Source: Balanoglossus misakiensis (Eukaryota; Animalia; Hemichordata). Taken from it: a stretch of DNA of 64,000 nucleotides. The notes beneath the pieces are model-generated. The model was not told where the DNA came from. It saw only the letters and a program-made list of their open reading frames with translations, and ran no database searches. A program made the translations under genes and the position numbers. This document shows, in pieces, positions 34,091 to 48,174 of this stretch (position 1 is its first letter; each line of letters begins with the position of its first letter). The DNA is taken from assembly GCA_040954595.2 (NCBI GenBank), contig CM082582.2, positions 2,526,303 through 2,590,302 of the forward strand, given 5' to 3'.

Positions 34091-37000
34091 ATGGGACAAC
34101 TACATCGATGGCTGTGCTACTTTAGTATTGTATCCGTGGTAATTTTCTCACATACCGAGGTGACAGTGAACGGTATTGTAGACAATTTTCATGTTTTTCA
34201 CTTTAATGTATTCCTGATGGTAATCTCAGTATAAGAGTAGCAGTGTTTAACAACTTCATTATCTTGCCATAGACATGTCATTTCGAGGAAAGTGACAATG
34301 ATCACAAATCATAACAGTTTTGAATTCTGTTATTAAATGTCAGAATATACGTTCAATCTATGTACCATCAGTTGCCAACACTATAAATACTTGAAGTTAA
34401 TGTAGACAATACACGTTTTTAAATTAACGTGCACATTCTAGTTCAGATTTAGAACTGTACTGCCAACACAAGATCTTAATCATGTTTGTAAATGCCATGT
34501 GTTTCAGCCCAAGAGCTTATATCCCTGATCGAAAATGAGTTGAAACTTTCCAACTATGAAACAACGTGGCTGGAAGCAAAAAGAGCATGTGAGCAGGACA
34601 GTGGGCATCTGTTGAGGTTTTACGACCAAGAGACCATGAATATAGTTGTCAGCTTTATAGCGTTATTGGTTTGGCGAGGTGATGTCCTACCACATTCCGG
34701 TAAAGAGTAATAGAGTACCCAACTTTGTCATTACTGCTTGTTCATACGAACGATGTCTTCTCACTCAGAAGTATAATTGTTGTAATAATCAACATGACTT
34801 TTAAAGTAAACAAATCTACATGTATTACTCAACGTTCAACATGCTTTTCCTCTTTGCAATGGTTTACAGAATTCGTTTGGATCGACGCCAATGATAGAGA
34901 GACGATTGGTCACTTTGTTCACTCAGACGGTTCGAGTATAGATAGAAGTATCGCAGTAATGGATTTGGTGTTTGGAACAGACACCAATTACGGTGCACAT
35001 TGTGGTGTAATATAGTAATGTTGTTTTAATTTTAAAGGGGTCTGACCTGACCTGCGTGTTGTGCGATTTATATTTGCAACGAGATCTCTATTGGCGAGGC
35101 CTTTGATGTAGAACGGCTAATATGACAGAACCCCACGACCAGATGGATCAAGCGCGGTATTTGAACGAGTGCTGGTGGTGTATTCTGTTGCAGCACGATC
35201 TCGCCATCGGGTTCTGTTATTATTACATATGATACTCCCATTTTAGACGAAAACATCGAAAACACCATAAGAACACCATCCGAAAATTAAATAAACGAGA
35301 TCAGGCAACGATATTGGTTGTTTCGTGGACAGGTCACACTACGATGATATCACAATTTTTTATAGGCTAGTTACACCACACTCCCATCTTTCATTGGACA
35401 ATGTTGTTTACTAGTCATACAACTAGTGGCACCCAGAAATGTATACATCGCCATGCCAGAGGAACATACATTGTATAACGACATAACAAGATAATTGAAA
35501 AGATTCCTACAACACAACCTGAAAAACCTGTCCTAAATATCAGCAAGTAACCTAGCACAACGACTGCGACTTTCACAGATGTCGGCATCAGTATGTCGCA
35601 AACAGGATACTGCAAGTGTCAGATGAAGAAACGGGGTGTAAACGTAAACGGCAGGCCATATGTAATATATGTAATATAGCTTTATCAATACCAGTGAATT
35701 TTGAGACGTCATAGCTATACATTATTACTTATAATGTATCGTGTTATTCGATGGACGCGCGACGCGCCCAAGAACCAGTGGACGTGTACAATTTCCGACT
35801 GAATAACGGAGGATTTCGAACAATGCGAACATTTTAAGGGGTAAAAAAAGAAATGCAAACATAAACAGAATAAATACGGCGATATTTATTAATTTCCAAA
35901 CCCGACCTCGAACGGCGATTTGTTTATTTTTTTCTTCCTACTGCGTCGGTACATGTCGTCTGCTCTTGAATCACGCGCAGTCAACATGGCTCGCTCACGC
36001 ACGTAAAGCAAACCTCTCGATGATGATGCTGGATTTGACATTCGTTCACCATACATACCGTGTACCATGTACCAAGCAGTCATGTCAACGAAGCTATACG
36101 TAAAAAAATTATGCCGCAAGTGTCACTGTCATGTTGTCTACGTGGTACGGAAGGTCGATCGAGGGCGAGTTTGTTTATGTATTGCAACCTTCGGAGCGCC
36201 CGTATACGTGAACTTTCCCGAGAACGCAAACGAATTTTTACTCGTTGCGGATTTAATTTTGAAATTCAGGAAAACGGAATTTGAAAACAGGTAAAAAGCA
36301 ACATGCTTTACTAAAAAAAAAACGGTTATCCATTCCACTTTTTGTTGCATCCACTATAAACTAAACCTATCACAAGCAAGAAGTCATAGTTGTCCGGCCT
36401 GACATCAATTCTATTTTTTACGTCAATAAAGGTTTTCTGTAAAGAGTATTGTGGATAGATGGTATGCATTTGCATACAGAGGATAAATGGACGCACTATG
36501 ATGGGACACCACTGACTTACTTACCATGGGCGGACCACCAGCCATACGGTAGCCCTTGGAGAACATGTATTCGAGCGGATTTGTAATTATTTATTTGTCT
36601 TCACCAAACCATGTTTCCCTAGCAGAATATTGGTGAATGTAACACCATCACAATTAGACACTCTAACGCAATGTATCCACAGTAAACAGTTTCGTCTGGA
36701 TAAGGTGTACTGCTATGTTAACTAGAAAATGTACAGTGACTGCGCGTCCGTGATCTGTTGTCTCCATCTATAAGTAGAGCACATATGTGCATCAAGTTGA
36801 GTAAGGATGTGTAGCTTAGGCCGACGATCATCTTATGCGCATGTGCGTACTTTCGTATGTACAAACAATACGTCCAACCCAAATGTTCTGCAAAGTTTGC
36901 CTTTGGCACATTCAAATAGTTGGCTGCATCCGCATCCTTTCTTATTGCATGGGCGCCGAATATGAGACTTTAGATTTGTCCCTTCGTTTAATCCAATTTG

Positions 37001-38662
37001 TTGTCTGTTCCTGATCTCCAACACAGACTAGTCTCCGCCATCTTGTCTGTTGTTATAACAGCATACTGCCCGAGTCTCTAGTTTGGCTCATGCGCATAAG
37101 GCGTTCGTCGCCCTTTAATGAAGCCTAAGGAATGTGACACAATTCAGATTCAGCTGATAACATGTTTTAATGATTTTTCCTGATAATCGTATTGAACAGA
37201 ATTAGTAACGATTTTTTATTGTAATTTTTTAGAGCCACAAAATTGTACATTTTGGATGATTGTCTACTTTATCGAAGATTTGTCTGTCGATATGGTAGGT
37301 GTATATGTTAAACTTTATCAAATCGTTCAACAGTAAACCAGAGACTCCCATGCAAATTGGTTAAGCAATACTTTTTGTATGAAGTAAAGACGAATGGCGA
37401 CCTTTTAGGATTTTGGTCGGGTTTCTAATGTGTGCAGTTTCATTGTATTGCAAAGTTGTGGCGTAATAATTGTACCATGTTTGTTAATATGTTGAACTCT
37501 AAATAGATGTAACTTGAGTCACGAACGGTTGCGACATGCAAGTACTGAAATGTCGCCATCTCAGAAAAGAACTGCATCGCCACTTCTTGTATTGGTTCTC
37601 TCTTGCGTGTCTAATAAAACCTTCGTCGCGAGAACGTTACATTATCCACATTACCGGCAGACAAAATAAGTGTAAACGTCCTCCAAAAATAAACGGGAAA
37701 CCCGTTTTACTAAGAGGTGTATCCGATCTGCACCATCGATTTATTGCAGTTTGAATGAATGATGTTACCAGAAATTGCAATATTCAGCGTGGCAGTTTCT
37801 TGTCAGATATGGACCTAACATGCTTCAATGAATCACTAATACAAGCCGAAGTAAACATGGCGCCCTTTTGTGACCCAACGCTTCTTTGAATACCACTTAT
37901 CCTAAACCAGTTATATCTTGTGGGTTTTACATTACAGGTGAACCAGTGTCGAATACACCTGGGTATACAGACCATGTTAGCTCTGATGTTACTGACACCA
38001 GTTATTCAAAAATGTCAACAGATGTCACAGAAGATACTGGCGCTGATGCTAAATCTGAAACTAGAATGACTGAAACAGAATCCTCGTTAGAGTTAACCGT
38101 AATGCAGCGATACGAAACGACAGATAACGAAGTTCTGACAGACATCCCTGATTACAAGGGCACTGAGAGCGTGTCTGGTTTCATCTTGAAGGAAAACCCT
38201 ACTATAACGGCTACAACTGTAGTGCATGGGGGGGGGGGGATTTTGGCGCTACATAACTTTGTTGCTTGATTGATTGATTGATGGGACTGAACCAGACGTT
38301 GAGGGAGACCACACTGATTCTGTCTCCATATCAACAGATACAATCGACGCCAGCATCTTCTCTCAACATACTGCATGTAAAGGTCCACTGTGCCAACATT
38401 TCCCAAGCATTAGTGTTGTCGATGGCTATTCGAAAGTGCCCCGCTGTAAGTATAGGCCCACTGTGCTTCACAATCACAATTGTAGAAACAAAACACAATC
38501 AAATAATATAAAATGAGACTGGGCGGCCTTAATATTTTTGAAACACCTGCATGATATCACTTCTTTATTTTGCCAGAGGTCCGTGCATCCTTCTTTCATG
38601 GTTTTGTCTTCTGGCTGCATTTATGGTTGTCTGTGCTAGGCCACGCTGTGCTGCTGATGTTG

Positions 38663-38710
<48 letters not shown>

Positions 38711-39110
38711 TGTGGTTTTTGATTGGCCATTTACCAGTCAATGGTAAAATATATTTGCCTAGTGATTTTATTGAATATATAGATGGTTATGCTCGCAAAT
38801 ATATAATACTGTATTTCATAAGTAACCTGAATGGATCCTGCCCACGTCACAAGTAACCCGAATGAATCCTGTCCACGCCTATAGCCCAAGGCCTCATATT
38901 CTGCACTTTAAGCTTTTTTGCTATCAATTTTTTTTCTTGACAGGTGACGAACTCGGTAACAATGACAACACTTTCATGGTTCTAGTCCTAGGCTTTTTCG
39001 CTGCATATCTGGCTGTGCATATTGTGTTGATCCTCGGGATTTCGCGTTTTGTAAGAAACCTAGACCCTGCTCCGAAGTTGAAAAATGACAGAATACTGTT
39101 CTGGCTTTGA
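34091..39110 (+). pseudogene. Host gene: type I membrane protein (signal peptide, C-type lectin domain, Ser/Thr-rich stalk, TM). Exons 34091-34172, 34508-34699, 34870-~35004/35014, ~37233-37294, 37938-38445, 38944-39110; disrupted in exon 5
   Basis: CTLD motifs TWLEAKRAC, FVWIDAND..GHFVHSDG, DDC..RFVC; phase-1 GT-AG junctions; hydrophobic TM FMVLVLGFFAAYLAVHIVLILGI; exon 3/4 junction unresolved. Confidence 0.75.
38231..38280 (+). mobile_element. 50-bp 5'-truncated LINE/SINE 3' end inserted in exon 5
   Basis: TSD ATGGG (38226-30, 38281-85); GGCGCTACATAA..(TTGA)n tail; removal restores VHG|TEPDV. Confidence 0.8.
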
Positions 39111-41884
39111 GCTTTATCCGTGTTATTGATTCAATGATCGAATGCAAAATATTATTTATGATTGTTAGTTAGGTTTCTCTTACATTAAGCGCAACACTGT
39201 CGATTTATTACATTTAATAATTAAGATTAAGCTAAATAAAAAGGTCAGCATTTAAACCGTATTGGAATTGAATTGTAACTACATTTATTTTTGAACAAAT
39301 GTGACACAGGTGTATTAATTATCGTAGGTTTCCAATGTATAGAGGACATATTCACTATGGACCTAGGTAGTTATTATGTGCACATGCGTACATTCAACTA
39401 CTGGAGGATATCTTTTTGGACTTACTGTAATACCTGTGCTGTATTGTGTTGTGTTTGTCTGTACAATATGCCATATAAATGTGATAATTGATTGAATATA
39501 TTTGGAATATGGATGGATATGATCGGAATTATTTGATTATGATTAGTGTTATTTTAATAAACGTACATACTTTCTTTCGCTATCACTTATAACTTCGCAT
39601 ATGTGTTGTTGTTGTTTTTCCTGGAACGGAATTCGAAATACCGCCCAAGGCAGTAGTTGATGGTTGTGAGGTAATTGCAATAGTTTTGTTTGTCCCGATC
39701 GCCATGTTCCAGTGGGGCGTACAAATTTCGGTCTGTCCTTCCTTCACATGCGGAGATGAATTTCATTCAAATCTTGCAACACAAATGTCTATAGTGCTGC
39801 ATGTTTATCGTGAATGTCAGAGAACCATATGATTTGTTTACATTGCTCAAATCTGTTAAAAAGAACAATCCATCTCTCTTTGATCCTCTTGTTATACCCA
39901 GTACTCGCTAACCGAAATTTACTTTATCATCTTAATCTGTGGACGGGGCACACAGATTAAGTTGTTTGCAGGTGCTTAATTGGAAATGTGATAGCTTTCA
40001 TTTTGGATTAGCAAATAACAAGACAGGTGGGGAAAATGCAGATCGGAACTCCCCCATTTATAACTTTAATGTTTGCAGCCCCCCTGTCATATCATCCAGT
40101 CATATTTTCAACCCTTTGTACACGTTCGTACGCCGCACTGATTGGGAAGAAATGTGTTAACACACTATTTTTGGATCTGGTGGCTTTAATAGTGGAGTGA
40201 TGGAAATTATATTGGTCAATTTCAAATAACATAACATGAAACTATATTTCCCCACCCTGGTATAAAACCCTCTTCAGGTTGGGAATGGCTTGCCACATTG
40301 CCAAATTTTCTTTCTGGGACGCAGGTGAGCAGTTGAGCACTTAGATTGATGTATGTAAATTTGGCACTAAAATAACAACCGGTAATTCTTGAATTATTAA
40401 AACTGGATTATAATTACATTATGATACTTTTATTTTAATACCTATCTGAAATCACATTACAAGTATAATAAATAACTTTTGCATTACAATTTACATAAAC
40501 TGCCTACCGATCTCTACTATTGTGAATCAAGACAATGTCAATGACCCTAATACACACTTCACACTACTACACATTTTATACTGATTCAGGGATCCTCTGC
40601 TATCTGACATTCAACAGGCTTCTAGTCTAAAAATATTCAACCAATAGAATTTGAGCTTTCTTTTTACAGCACACTCATTATCATACCAATGGCCATCTGT
40701 GCGTCCACATTGATTAGGTATTCTTGGCGGTCCAAACATATTACAGTCTTCCCCCCCCCCCCCGCCTCTTCCAGCTCAGTTGTAAGATTATCGACTGTGT
40801 ACATTTAAATTAACCAATGATAAAACATGTCCAATTTTGTCTCTGCCATACACTGTTGAGGAGAAATGTTTGATAGCTGATCGTTATTTTTGCCTGCACC
40901 TGTACTTTCAAACATTCTTGACTCGGACAGGACATGCGGCTGTACAACATTAAAGGGACAAAGTCTCTCTCTCGCTGCCCTTTTCTATTAATTATGTTTG
41001 ATACAAGACATGGATTATGTTATTCTACATGTGGACATATAGTGAATCAACATTCGCCACACACAACTTCCATCCCACTTGTAGACACCAGAGTGAAAAA
41101 TCTTGCCAAAATGAATAATTGGTGTTAATTTTTTTTTCGGCCAGATTTTTACTCTCATGTAAACAAACAGGATGGAAATTGTTTACAGTTAATTAATGGT
41201 GACGTCAAAACATAGAGGGCGTCCATGGTAACTATACACTCTTTCCAATATTTATTGTTGGCTGGTTTTACTGTCAATCATGACAAAGTGCTCCCCAAAA
41301 AGCCTCAAGAACTGCCACTGTTTACATTATGTTCATTACTTTATTATCCCACTTTAAATAGATTGGTACATACTATAAGGCAAACATGAACATCTCATCG
41401 ACGCACAATTATGGCTGTATTTTGCAAATTATTCACATTATATATTTAATGTGTGCCGCACCCATTTCATCAGCCTCCATACAAACAGTACACTGCAGCT
41501 AACGTGGTAAGTGTCTCCAATAGAAGACAAACTGATGCAAATACAAGTTATATGACTTAATGCTGGGGATTTTAAATGATATTTGAAGTATTTTATTGTG
41601 GAAAAAAATGGGAGAAATTTGACAGCTCTGGAGTCTTCAAACGATGTGTATATAGGAAATGTTCATCATTATCGGGAACTGAATTATATTAAAATGAAAA
41701 TGCTTATTGTGGATTTTCTAGCTGAGCAATTTTAAACTTAGAATTAAGACCACTTATACTTAAAACCCATCTTTTTATGAAAGCATTTATACACTAATTC
41801 TTTTACACTTTTTACAACTTTTATATACCTTTTTAGCGTTTTTATGTCGAATTTTTTAGCTTGTATTTTTAGTGTACTTTTCAT

Positions 41885-41960
41885 CATGTAGTAAAGCGCA
41901 TTGAGATTTTAGTCCATTATGTAATGCGGTATATAAGAAATAATAATTATTATTATTTTC
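41885..41960 (+). mobile_element. L2/CR1 3' tail remnant
   Basis: GTAAAGCGCATTGAGA..GCGGTATATAAGAAAT(AAT/TAT)n. Confidence 0.5.
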
Positions 41961-42077
41961 ATTATTTAGTAAAAACAACAGAAACATAATTAACTCAGGA
42001 TTTGTTTTTCCTGCTTTTGTTAAATACTTCACAGAGAGCAATATTATCTAGGCGTTTTTATTAATGGTGTAATCGAC

Positions 42078-43265
42078 TGAGGTGAAATTTCCGACTTTTC
42101 GAGTACACATCGTGATGGCGAAGGGTTCAGGAAGGCTAACCTTTTACCTGAAGGTGTCAACTGATGTTGGTTCGAGACCATTTTTTTTTCTATTTTTTTT
42201 TTTTGAGAACTTTTAACGACATTACCATTGTAATTTTTATCATTTTCATAAATCCAATTCATTTCAATATCTACGCTGCGTGTTTTATCTGTCGGGTATA
42301 AGAAACATGCAGGGAAACTTGGTCATTTTTTGTCGCGGTTCACTTGGGCATGTCTGAATACGGAGTGCTCAGCAGAGAGAAAGATAAACTAGCTAAAACC
42401 GTGTCTTTCCGTCCGCATGACCAACCAAGGAGCGAAAACGTCGTTATTTAGGCCGTAATAAAACGTTTTTGTCCCCGAGGAGTGAATAAAGAACGGTCAG
42501 ACCGTTGCGGGGTAGGGAACTCTTCTTCGCACCGCTGCGGTGCAGGGAACTCGTATTGCCCGCTGCAGTGCAAATAAGATCATTGGAGTTATGCTGCAAT
42601 ATAGTGCGGAAAAATTCCGACTTTTTCGAGTACACATCGTGATGGCGAAGGGTAGAGGAAGGCTAGCCTTTTTACCTGAACGAGTCAACTGATGTTGGTT
42701 CGAGACCACTTTTTTTTCTATTTTTTGTTGAGAGAACTTTTAACGACATTGGAGTTGTAATTTTTATCATTTTCATAAATCCAATTCATTTCAATATCTA
42801 CGCTGCGTTTTTTATCTGTCGGGTACAAGAAACATGCAGGGAAACTTGGTCATTTTTTGTCGTGGTTCACTTGGGCAAGTCTGAATACGGAGTGCTCAGC
42901 AGAGAGAAAAATAAACTCGCTAAAACCGTGTCTTTCCGTCCGCATGACCAACCAAGGAGCGATAAGGTCGTTATTTAGGCCGTAATAAAACATTTTTGTC
43001 GCCGAGGAGTGAATAAAGAACGGTCAGATCGTTGCGGGGTAGGAAACTCTTATTCGCACAGCTGCGGTGCAGGGAACTCGTATATGCATCGCTGCGGTGC
43101 AAATAAGATCATTGGAGTAATGCTGCAATATAGTGCGGAAAATTTCCGACTTTTTCGAGTACACATCGTGATGGCGAATGGTTTCAGGAAGGCTAGCCTT
43201 TTACCTGAAGGTGTCAACTGATCTTGGTTCGAGACCACTTTTTTTCTATTTTTTGTGTGTGAGAA
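42078..43265. repeat. Tandem repeat, ~527 bp x 2.3
   Basis: TTCCGACTTTTTCGAGTACACATCGTGATGGCGAA recurs at ~42088, 42614 and 43142. Confidence 0.9.
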
Positions 43266-45891
43266 CAACACACCCTACTCATGCTAAGTTGTTACCAATT
43301 CCAGTTTCAGGACCCTGGGACCGACTGGGTATGGATATTGTGGGACCCCTCCCTAGAACTTATGATGGTCATAAATACATCTTAGTACTTACTCATTACT
43401 TTACTTCTTAGTACTTACTCATTACTTTACAAAGTTTTCATTAGCATATCCATTACGTAATGCACGAGCTGAGACAGTTGCTAAGATCTTGTTTGATGAA
43501 GTAATTGCTACTTATGGAAGCCCCAGAGTTTTGCTGAGTAATGAGGGATCGATTTTTTTTATCCCAGGTAGTTCACGAAACCTGCAAATATTTCAACATT
43601 CAGAGTAAAGTTTCTACCCCTTATCGTCCACAGACCAATGGCCTTACAGAACGTTTCAATGGTTGCCTAGTCGACATGCTGTCCATGTTTGTCGATAATA
43701 AACAGAAAGATTGGTATCGGTACCTAAGTTCAGTGCTTTTCGCGTATAGAGTTAGTCCTCAAGAGTCCAGTGGGTTCAGCCCGTATTATGTGTTATAAGG
43801 TCGGCATCCCACATTGCCCATGGATGTTGAATTCCAGCTAGTTGAGGGGAGGACAAGAAATATAGATACACACCTTAAACATTTAGCTGCTAAGAGGGAG
43901 ATAGCTCATAAAATCGCCAAAGAGAATACAGATCGATATCAACAGAATATGAAGGACCGTTATGATAAAAATATCCAACGGTCGCAAAATCTTAAAGTGG
44001 GGGATCCTGTATATTTATACACACCTCCTGTTAAACCAGCAGTTAATAAGAAATTCGTACATAAGTGCAGTTGTTTTCAGCGTACTATGCAACACGTGTT
44101 ACGCAATATTATGTGGCAATATGTGCTTTGTTATATTGATGATATTATTATATTAAGCAGCTCTTTTGAGGAGCATCTACAACACATTGATACTGTCCAA
44201 ACCAGGTTACGTCAAGCTGGATTGAAATTAAAACCCAGCAAATGTCAATTTATGAGAAAGAGTGTTAAATTTTGGGGTCATGTTATCAGTAAGCAGTAGG
44301 ACAAACCTCCAAATTTAGCGACTTGCGTATGCGCAACTAATTAGCTACTTAGTGTTTAGCTCCAACGCGCATGTGCGATATGACGTGATTGCCGGAAGCT
44401 GAACAAAGGTCACGTCATCTGACCCAGGTTATGTTATGGAACATCACATGGCGGTCGACGGTCTATCTTCTGTTGCGTGGATAATCGACCCAGTCTTTAA
44501 TCCCGGGCAGGATAATGGAGCAACCATCAACGGTAATACATTTTCATGATAATTTGAATTGGTCGTAGTGTGTTTAGAACATGCATTGATTGTGTTTTTT
44601 GTATTATCTGGAAGAAATGGAGTGCCATCGAAATGAAATGCCAGTGTGTACATACACTGTGTTCGCGGAACTTTGACATGCGAACACAATACCGTCACTA
44701 GGAGCAACTTTTCACACGTTTCTAAGTCCGGTTGAATAGCATTACACAAAGTTTTCGCCATAGTTATAGCCTGAAATACCTGGGTGTACGTTGATAAACA
44801 AAGCATGTGATCAGATAATTACCATGACCATGTCAGCATCGTCCAGTGAGCAAAGTTGTTTGTCCGCATCATCATATACTAGTATTTGAACATAATAACC
44901 TTGTTGACGCTGTTCACATATTTATATTTACACCTTATTATTTACTGCATGTGTGTCAAGCGCATTAACAACGTCTTTACACTTTTCACCTTCAGTCAAA
45001 TGAAAAGACACCAGACAGGAATAGTGAAGTGGGGAATAAGAAGACTTACGGCAAGAAGAAGTTAAAGATAGAATATTTAGTGAACAGCGACGCCGTCTAA
45101 ATTATGCTAGCAAACACATTTACATGAGTAGAATCAATGATGGGGGAAGGGGGCTGATCAAAAATGAATCAAGAGACCATATTTTTTATTAAAAGTTGAA
45201 AAATTTATTCATGTTTATACACACTTATTTGTTTGTTTGTTGCCAGGTTTTAAGAAATAAAGATTTAAATATATTCATGTGACCGGGGGTTGATTTACCT
45301 ACTTACCTGTGACAGGGGGGTTGACTTACTTACTTACCTACATATGTTGAGGGCGTTATACACCTGGGTCAGGGGGTTGACTTGCATACTTACCTGCACA
45401 CGTTGAGGGCGCTATACACATATATATAGGCACGCACTTCCATACTAGGTCATTCATTATCTGACCCGTGCTCTTTCATTTTGTTACCTGTATGTGTAGG
45501 TGAGTTTACCTTTTACAATCCACTTTAGATAGTGCTAAATATAAGCCATCCAAATATTTGAATACCTGGTATTGCTTTAGTTGATATTTATAGTTGTAGT
45601 GGGGGAATTTAGTTTATTCTTCTTTAGTTATTTATACTTGTTTTTGGCATTTAAAAAATGTGGTGATGTGTGCTTCATGACCGATTCAACTTAACTCATG
45701 TAACAGTTTCATTATCTGACCCGTGCTCTTTCATTTTGTTACCTGTATGTGTAGGCCTACCTGTGCTGTACTATATGTAATGTATGACTTATACGGCCGA
45801 AATAAAAAGTTGAACTACCAGAAGTGACAACCACAATTTTTTCCGAGCATGGTGTATTATTTGCTGACCCTATATTGGCAAGCTTCACAAA

Positions 45892-45909
45892 TGGTGACCC
45901 CGACGTGAT
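45892..45909 (+). promoter_or_regulatory. Primer-binding site, tRNA-Trp
   Basis: TGGTGACCCCGACGTGAT, 2 nt after the 5' LTR, complementary to the 3' end of tRNA-Trp. Confidence 0.85.
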
Positions 45910-47064
45910 CCTGGTTGTATCTTGGCCGTATTGGAGAGTTTGGTGCCTGTTTCCGCTTCTGCATTGGTGACGAGAATTTGCTGCCTGGATGGTGCACGCC
46001 GGAGGAATATTGCAGAGGATAGCCGGATCGCTATATTCAGCATTGGTGTGGGTGTGTGTGCTGGGAAGGAAGAAAGTGGACCGGGACCTGCAACGTTCAG
46101 TGAGGTCAACGCTACCTGGGATGGAATCCAAGCTCCATATACATCGCCGAGGTGGGTTGCCGATGCAAGTTGGAAACTGACTGGATACGAACGGTGCTGT
46201 TGACTGTACGGTTAGACATTTTATTTTGGGTGCATATAAAAACACCCAACTATTTCATGTGTTGCTCATGTGAATATGATTGGTCAGAAATTGTTGCTGT
46301 AACTATTTATTTTTTCATGACAAAGTATCGTGTGTGAACAACAATTTTGATGTTTGTAGAGCCGGAACTTGCGTCGTACTGATTTTTTTTGTATGTTGGC
46401 TATCAGGACCATATACACACTTCATAGAATTGGTCAACTGACTTTTTTTTTGACAATTCTTTAGCGTAATTGATGTGTGCCACTGCTGTATGTCTCAGCA
46501 CAGCGGGTTTTTTTTTTTTTTCTACCTGTTTAGTGGATACATTTTTTTACATGCGTGTTAAGTATCATTAATTATTCTTGTGTACGTCCATGTGGGATGT
46601 GTAGGTAAAGAAGCCCTGCAAGTGGGTACTAAATGCGTTGGATGTCCCACCACAAGGTTTTGTAATTGCCTATATGAACATTTATGAATTTGTTAGCGAT
46701 AGCCGGTTGTTTATACTTATTTATTTGTTTATTTATTTAGCATAAGCTACTTATTGATTACTTTATTCATCTAGTTATTATTATAAAGAAAATGAAGGAA
46801 TTTATACAATTGAGTTAATCCGCCACTCATTCCTTTATTTGCATACTTACCCAATTATTCTGTACCAGGAAGTGCCAATTGAGGCATTCATATACGTCTC
46901 TGCCATTTTTTGAAGCTGTTACATTTATTGATATTTGTGATAGTTGAGCAACTGCAAGGTTGCGTATAGCGTGTTTGTTCTTACCTTTCTTTTTGCATTG
47001 TTGATGCGATAGTTAATCCTTATTTATTATATGTCACTTATTATACTTACTTGACATCATTATC

Positions 47065-48174
47065 ATGAATACTGGTGATAGTCCGGGAATTCCGCTCCAT
47101 CAGGTTGATCCTGAATTAGGACTTAGACCAGCTAGGTTTAAAAAGGATAGCGAGCTACCTCCCACACAAGGTAATATGCAGCCAGCTACACCTATGGGCA
47201 CATTGGGTCGACAATCATCTCCCTTTCCCACTCACCTTACACCACAGGCATCTCAGTACACCCCTGTACCTCATACTTCTATGACTTCATCACACCAAAT
47301 CAGAAATGTGCCACTATTTACTGGGGGACCTGAATGTAAAATTTTAATTGAGGACTGGATACGGGATATGCAATATTTACTGAATGCAGGGGGTATGCCA
47401 GCACACTTACAGTTCATGACTATAGTACGAAATTTGGGAGGGGAGGCCAGGAAATTGGTTTTGAACTTACCAGTGAATGAGCAGTCACCAGAAAGGGCAT
47501 TCGAGGAACTCCGTGCTGAGTATGGGGATGTTCGCTCATTAGACCCCATGGCTGATTTTTACTCGCGCTTCCAACAACCAGGTGAATCACCCTGTTCATA
47601 TGCCATCTCACTGGAAGCTGTGTTACGTACAATAGAAGAAAGGCAGAATAGGGGATATACGTTTCCTGATCGCGATTATCGTCTTACTCATCAGTTTATG
47701 AGGGGACTACGAGATGATGTGGTGTATAATCGTATTTATCCTATGCAGCCATGGAACCTAACTTTTAGTGATTTGCGCACTCATCTACGCCGGTTGGCAA
47801 GTGAAAGCAGAGCTGTTCCATTAACGAAGCCCAAGAAATTCCATAGTCAACCGGTCCTCGTCCCAAAGACGGATACGAATGATGATGTCGGAAAGTCTAA
47901 GCCAAAACAAGAAGATGTGATGACATCCCAATTTAAAGAACTGACTGCATTGATGAAAAAGATGGCCACCAGTCAAGAGGAACAGGCGAGGAAGATGCAC
48001 GACCTGGAACAGAGAGTGGAATCCATGACAGCAAAGCTGAATAATAGTCCAAGTCAAGGAGGGATTGCTCAGGTACCGTATACCAATCGTTCTCGTTTCA
48101 AAGCAGGCCCTATTACTTGTTTCAAGTGTGGAAAAGAAGGCCATATCAGTAGACGGTGTCCATTAAACGAATAG
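47065..48174 (+). CDS. gag: Gypsy gag (PNMA-like capsid + CCHC knuckle)
   Basis: FTGG..IEDW, QQPGES..Y, QFMRGL, CFKCGKEGHISRRC. Confidence 0.93.
   Translation: MNTGDSPGIPLHQVDPELGLRPARFKKDSELPPTQGNMQPATPMGTLGRQSSPFPTHLTPQASQYTPVPHTSMTSSHQIRNVPLFTGGPECKILIEDWIRDMQYLLNAGGMPAHLQFMTIVRNLGGEARKLVLNLPVNEQSPERAFEELRAEYGDVRSLDPMADFYSRFQQPGESPCSYAISLEAVLRTIEERQNRGYTFPDRDYRLTHQFMRGLRDDVVYNRIYPMQPWNLTFSDLRTHLRRLASESRAVPLTKPKKFHSQPVLVPKTDTNDDVGKSKPKQEDVMTSQFKELTALMKKMATSQEEQARKMHDLEQRVESMTAKLNNSPSQGGIAQVPYTNRSRFKAGPITCFKCGKEGHISRRCPLNE

Noticed and set aside
45757-46245. 162-aa antisense ORF in the Gypsy leader
   Set aside because: No recognisable motif and no ATG start evident; unsupported
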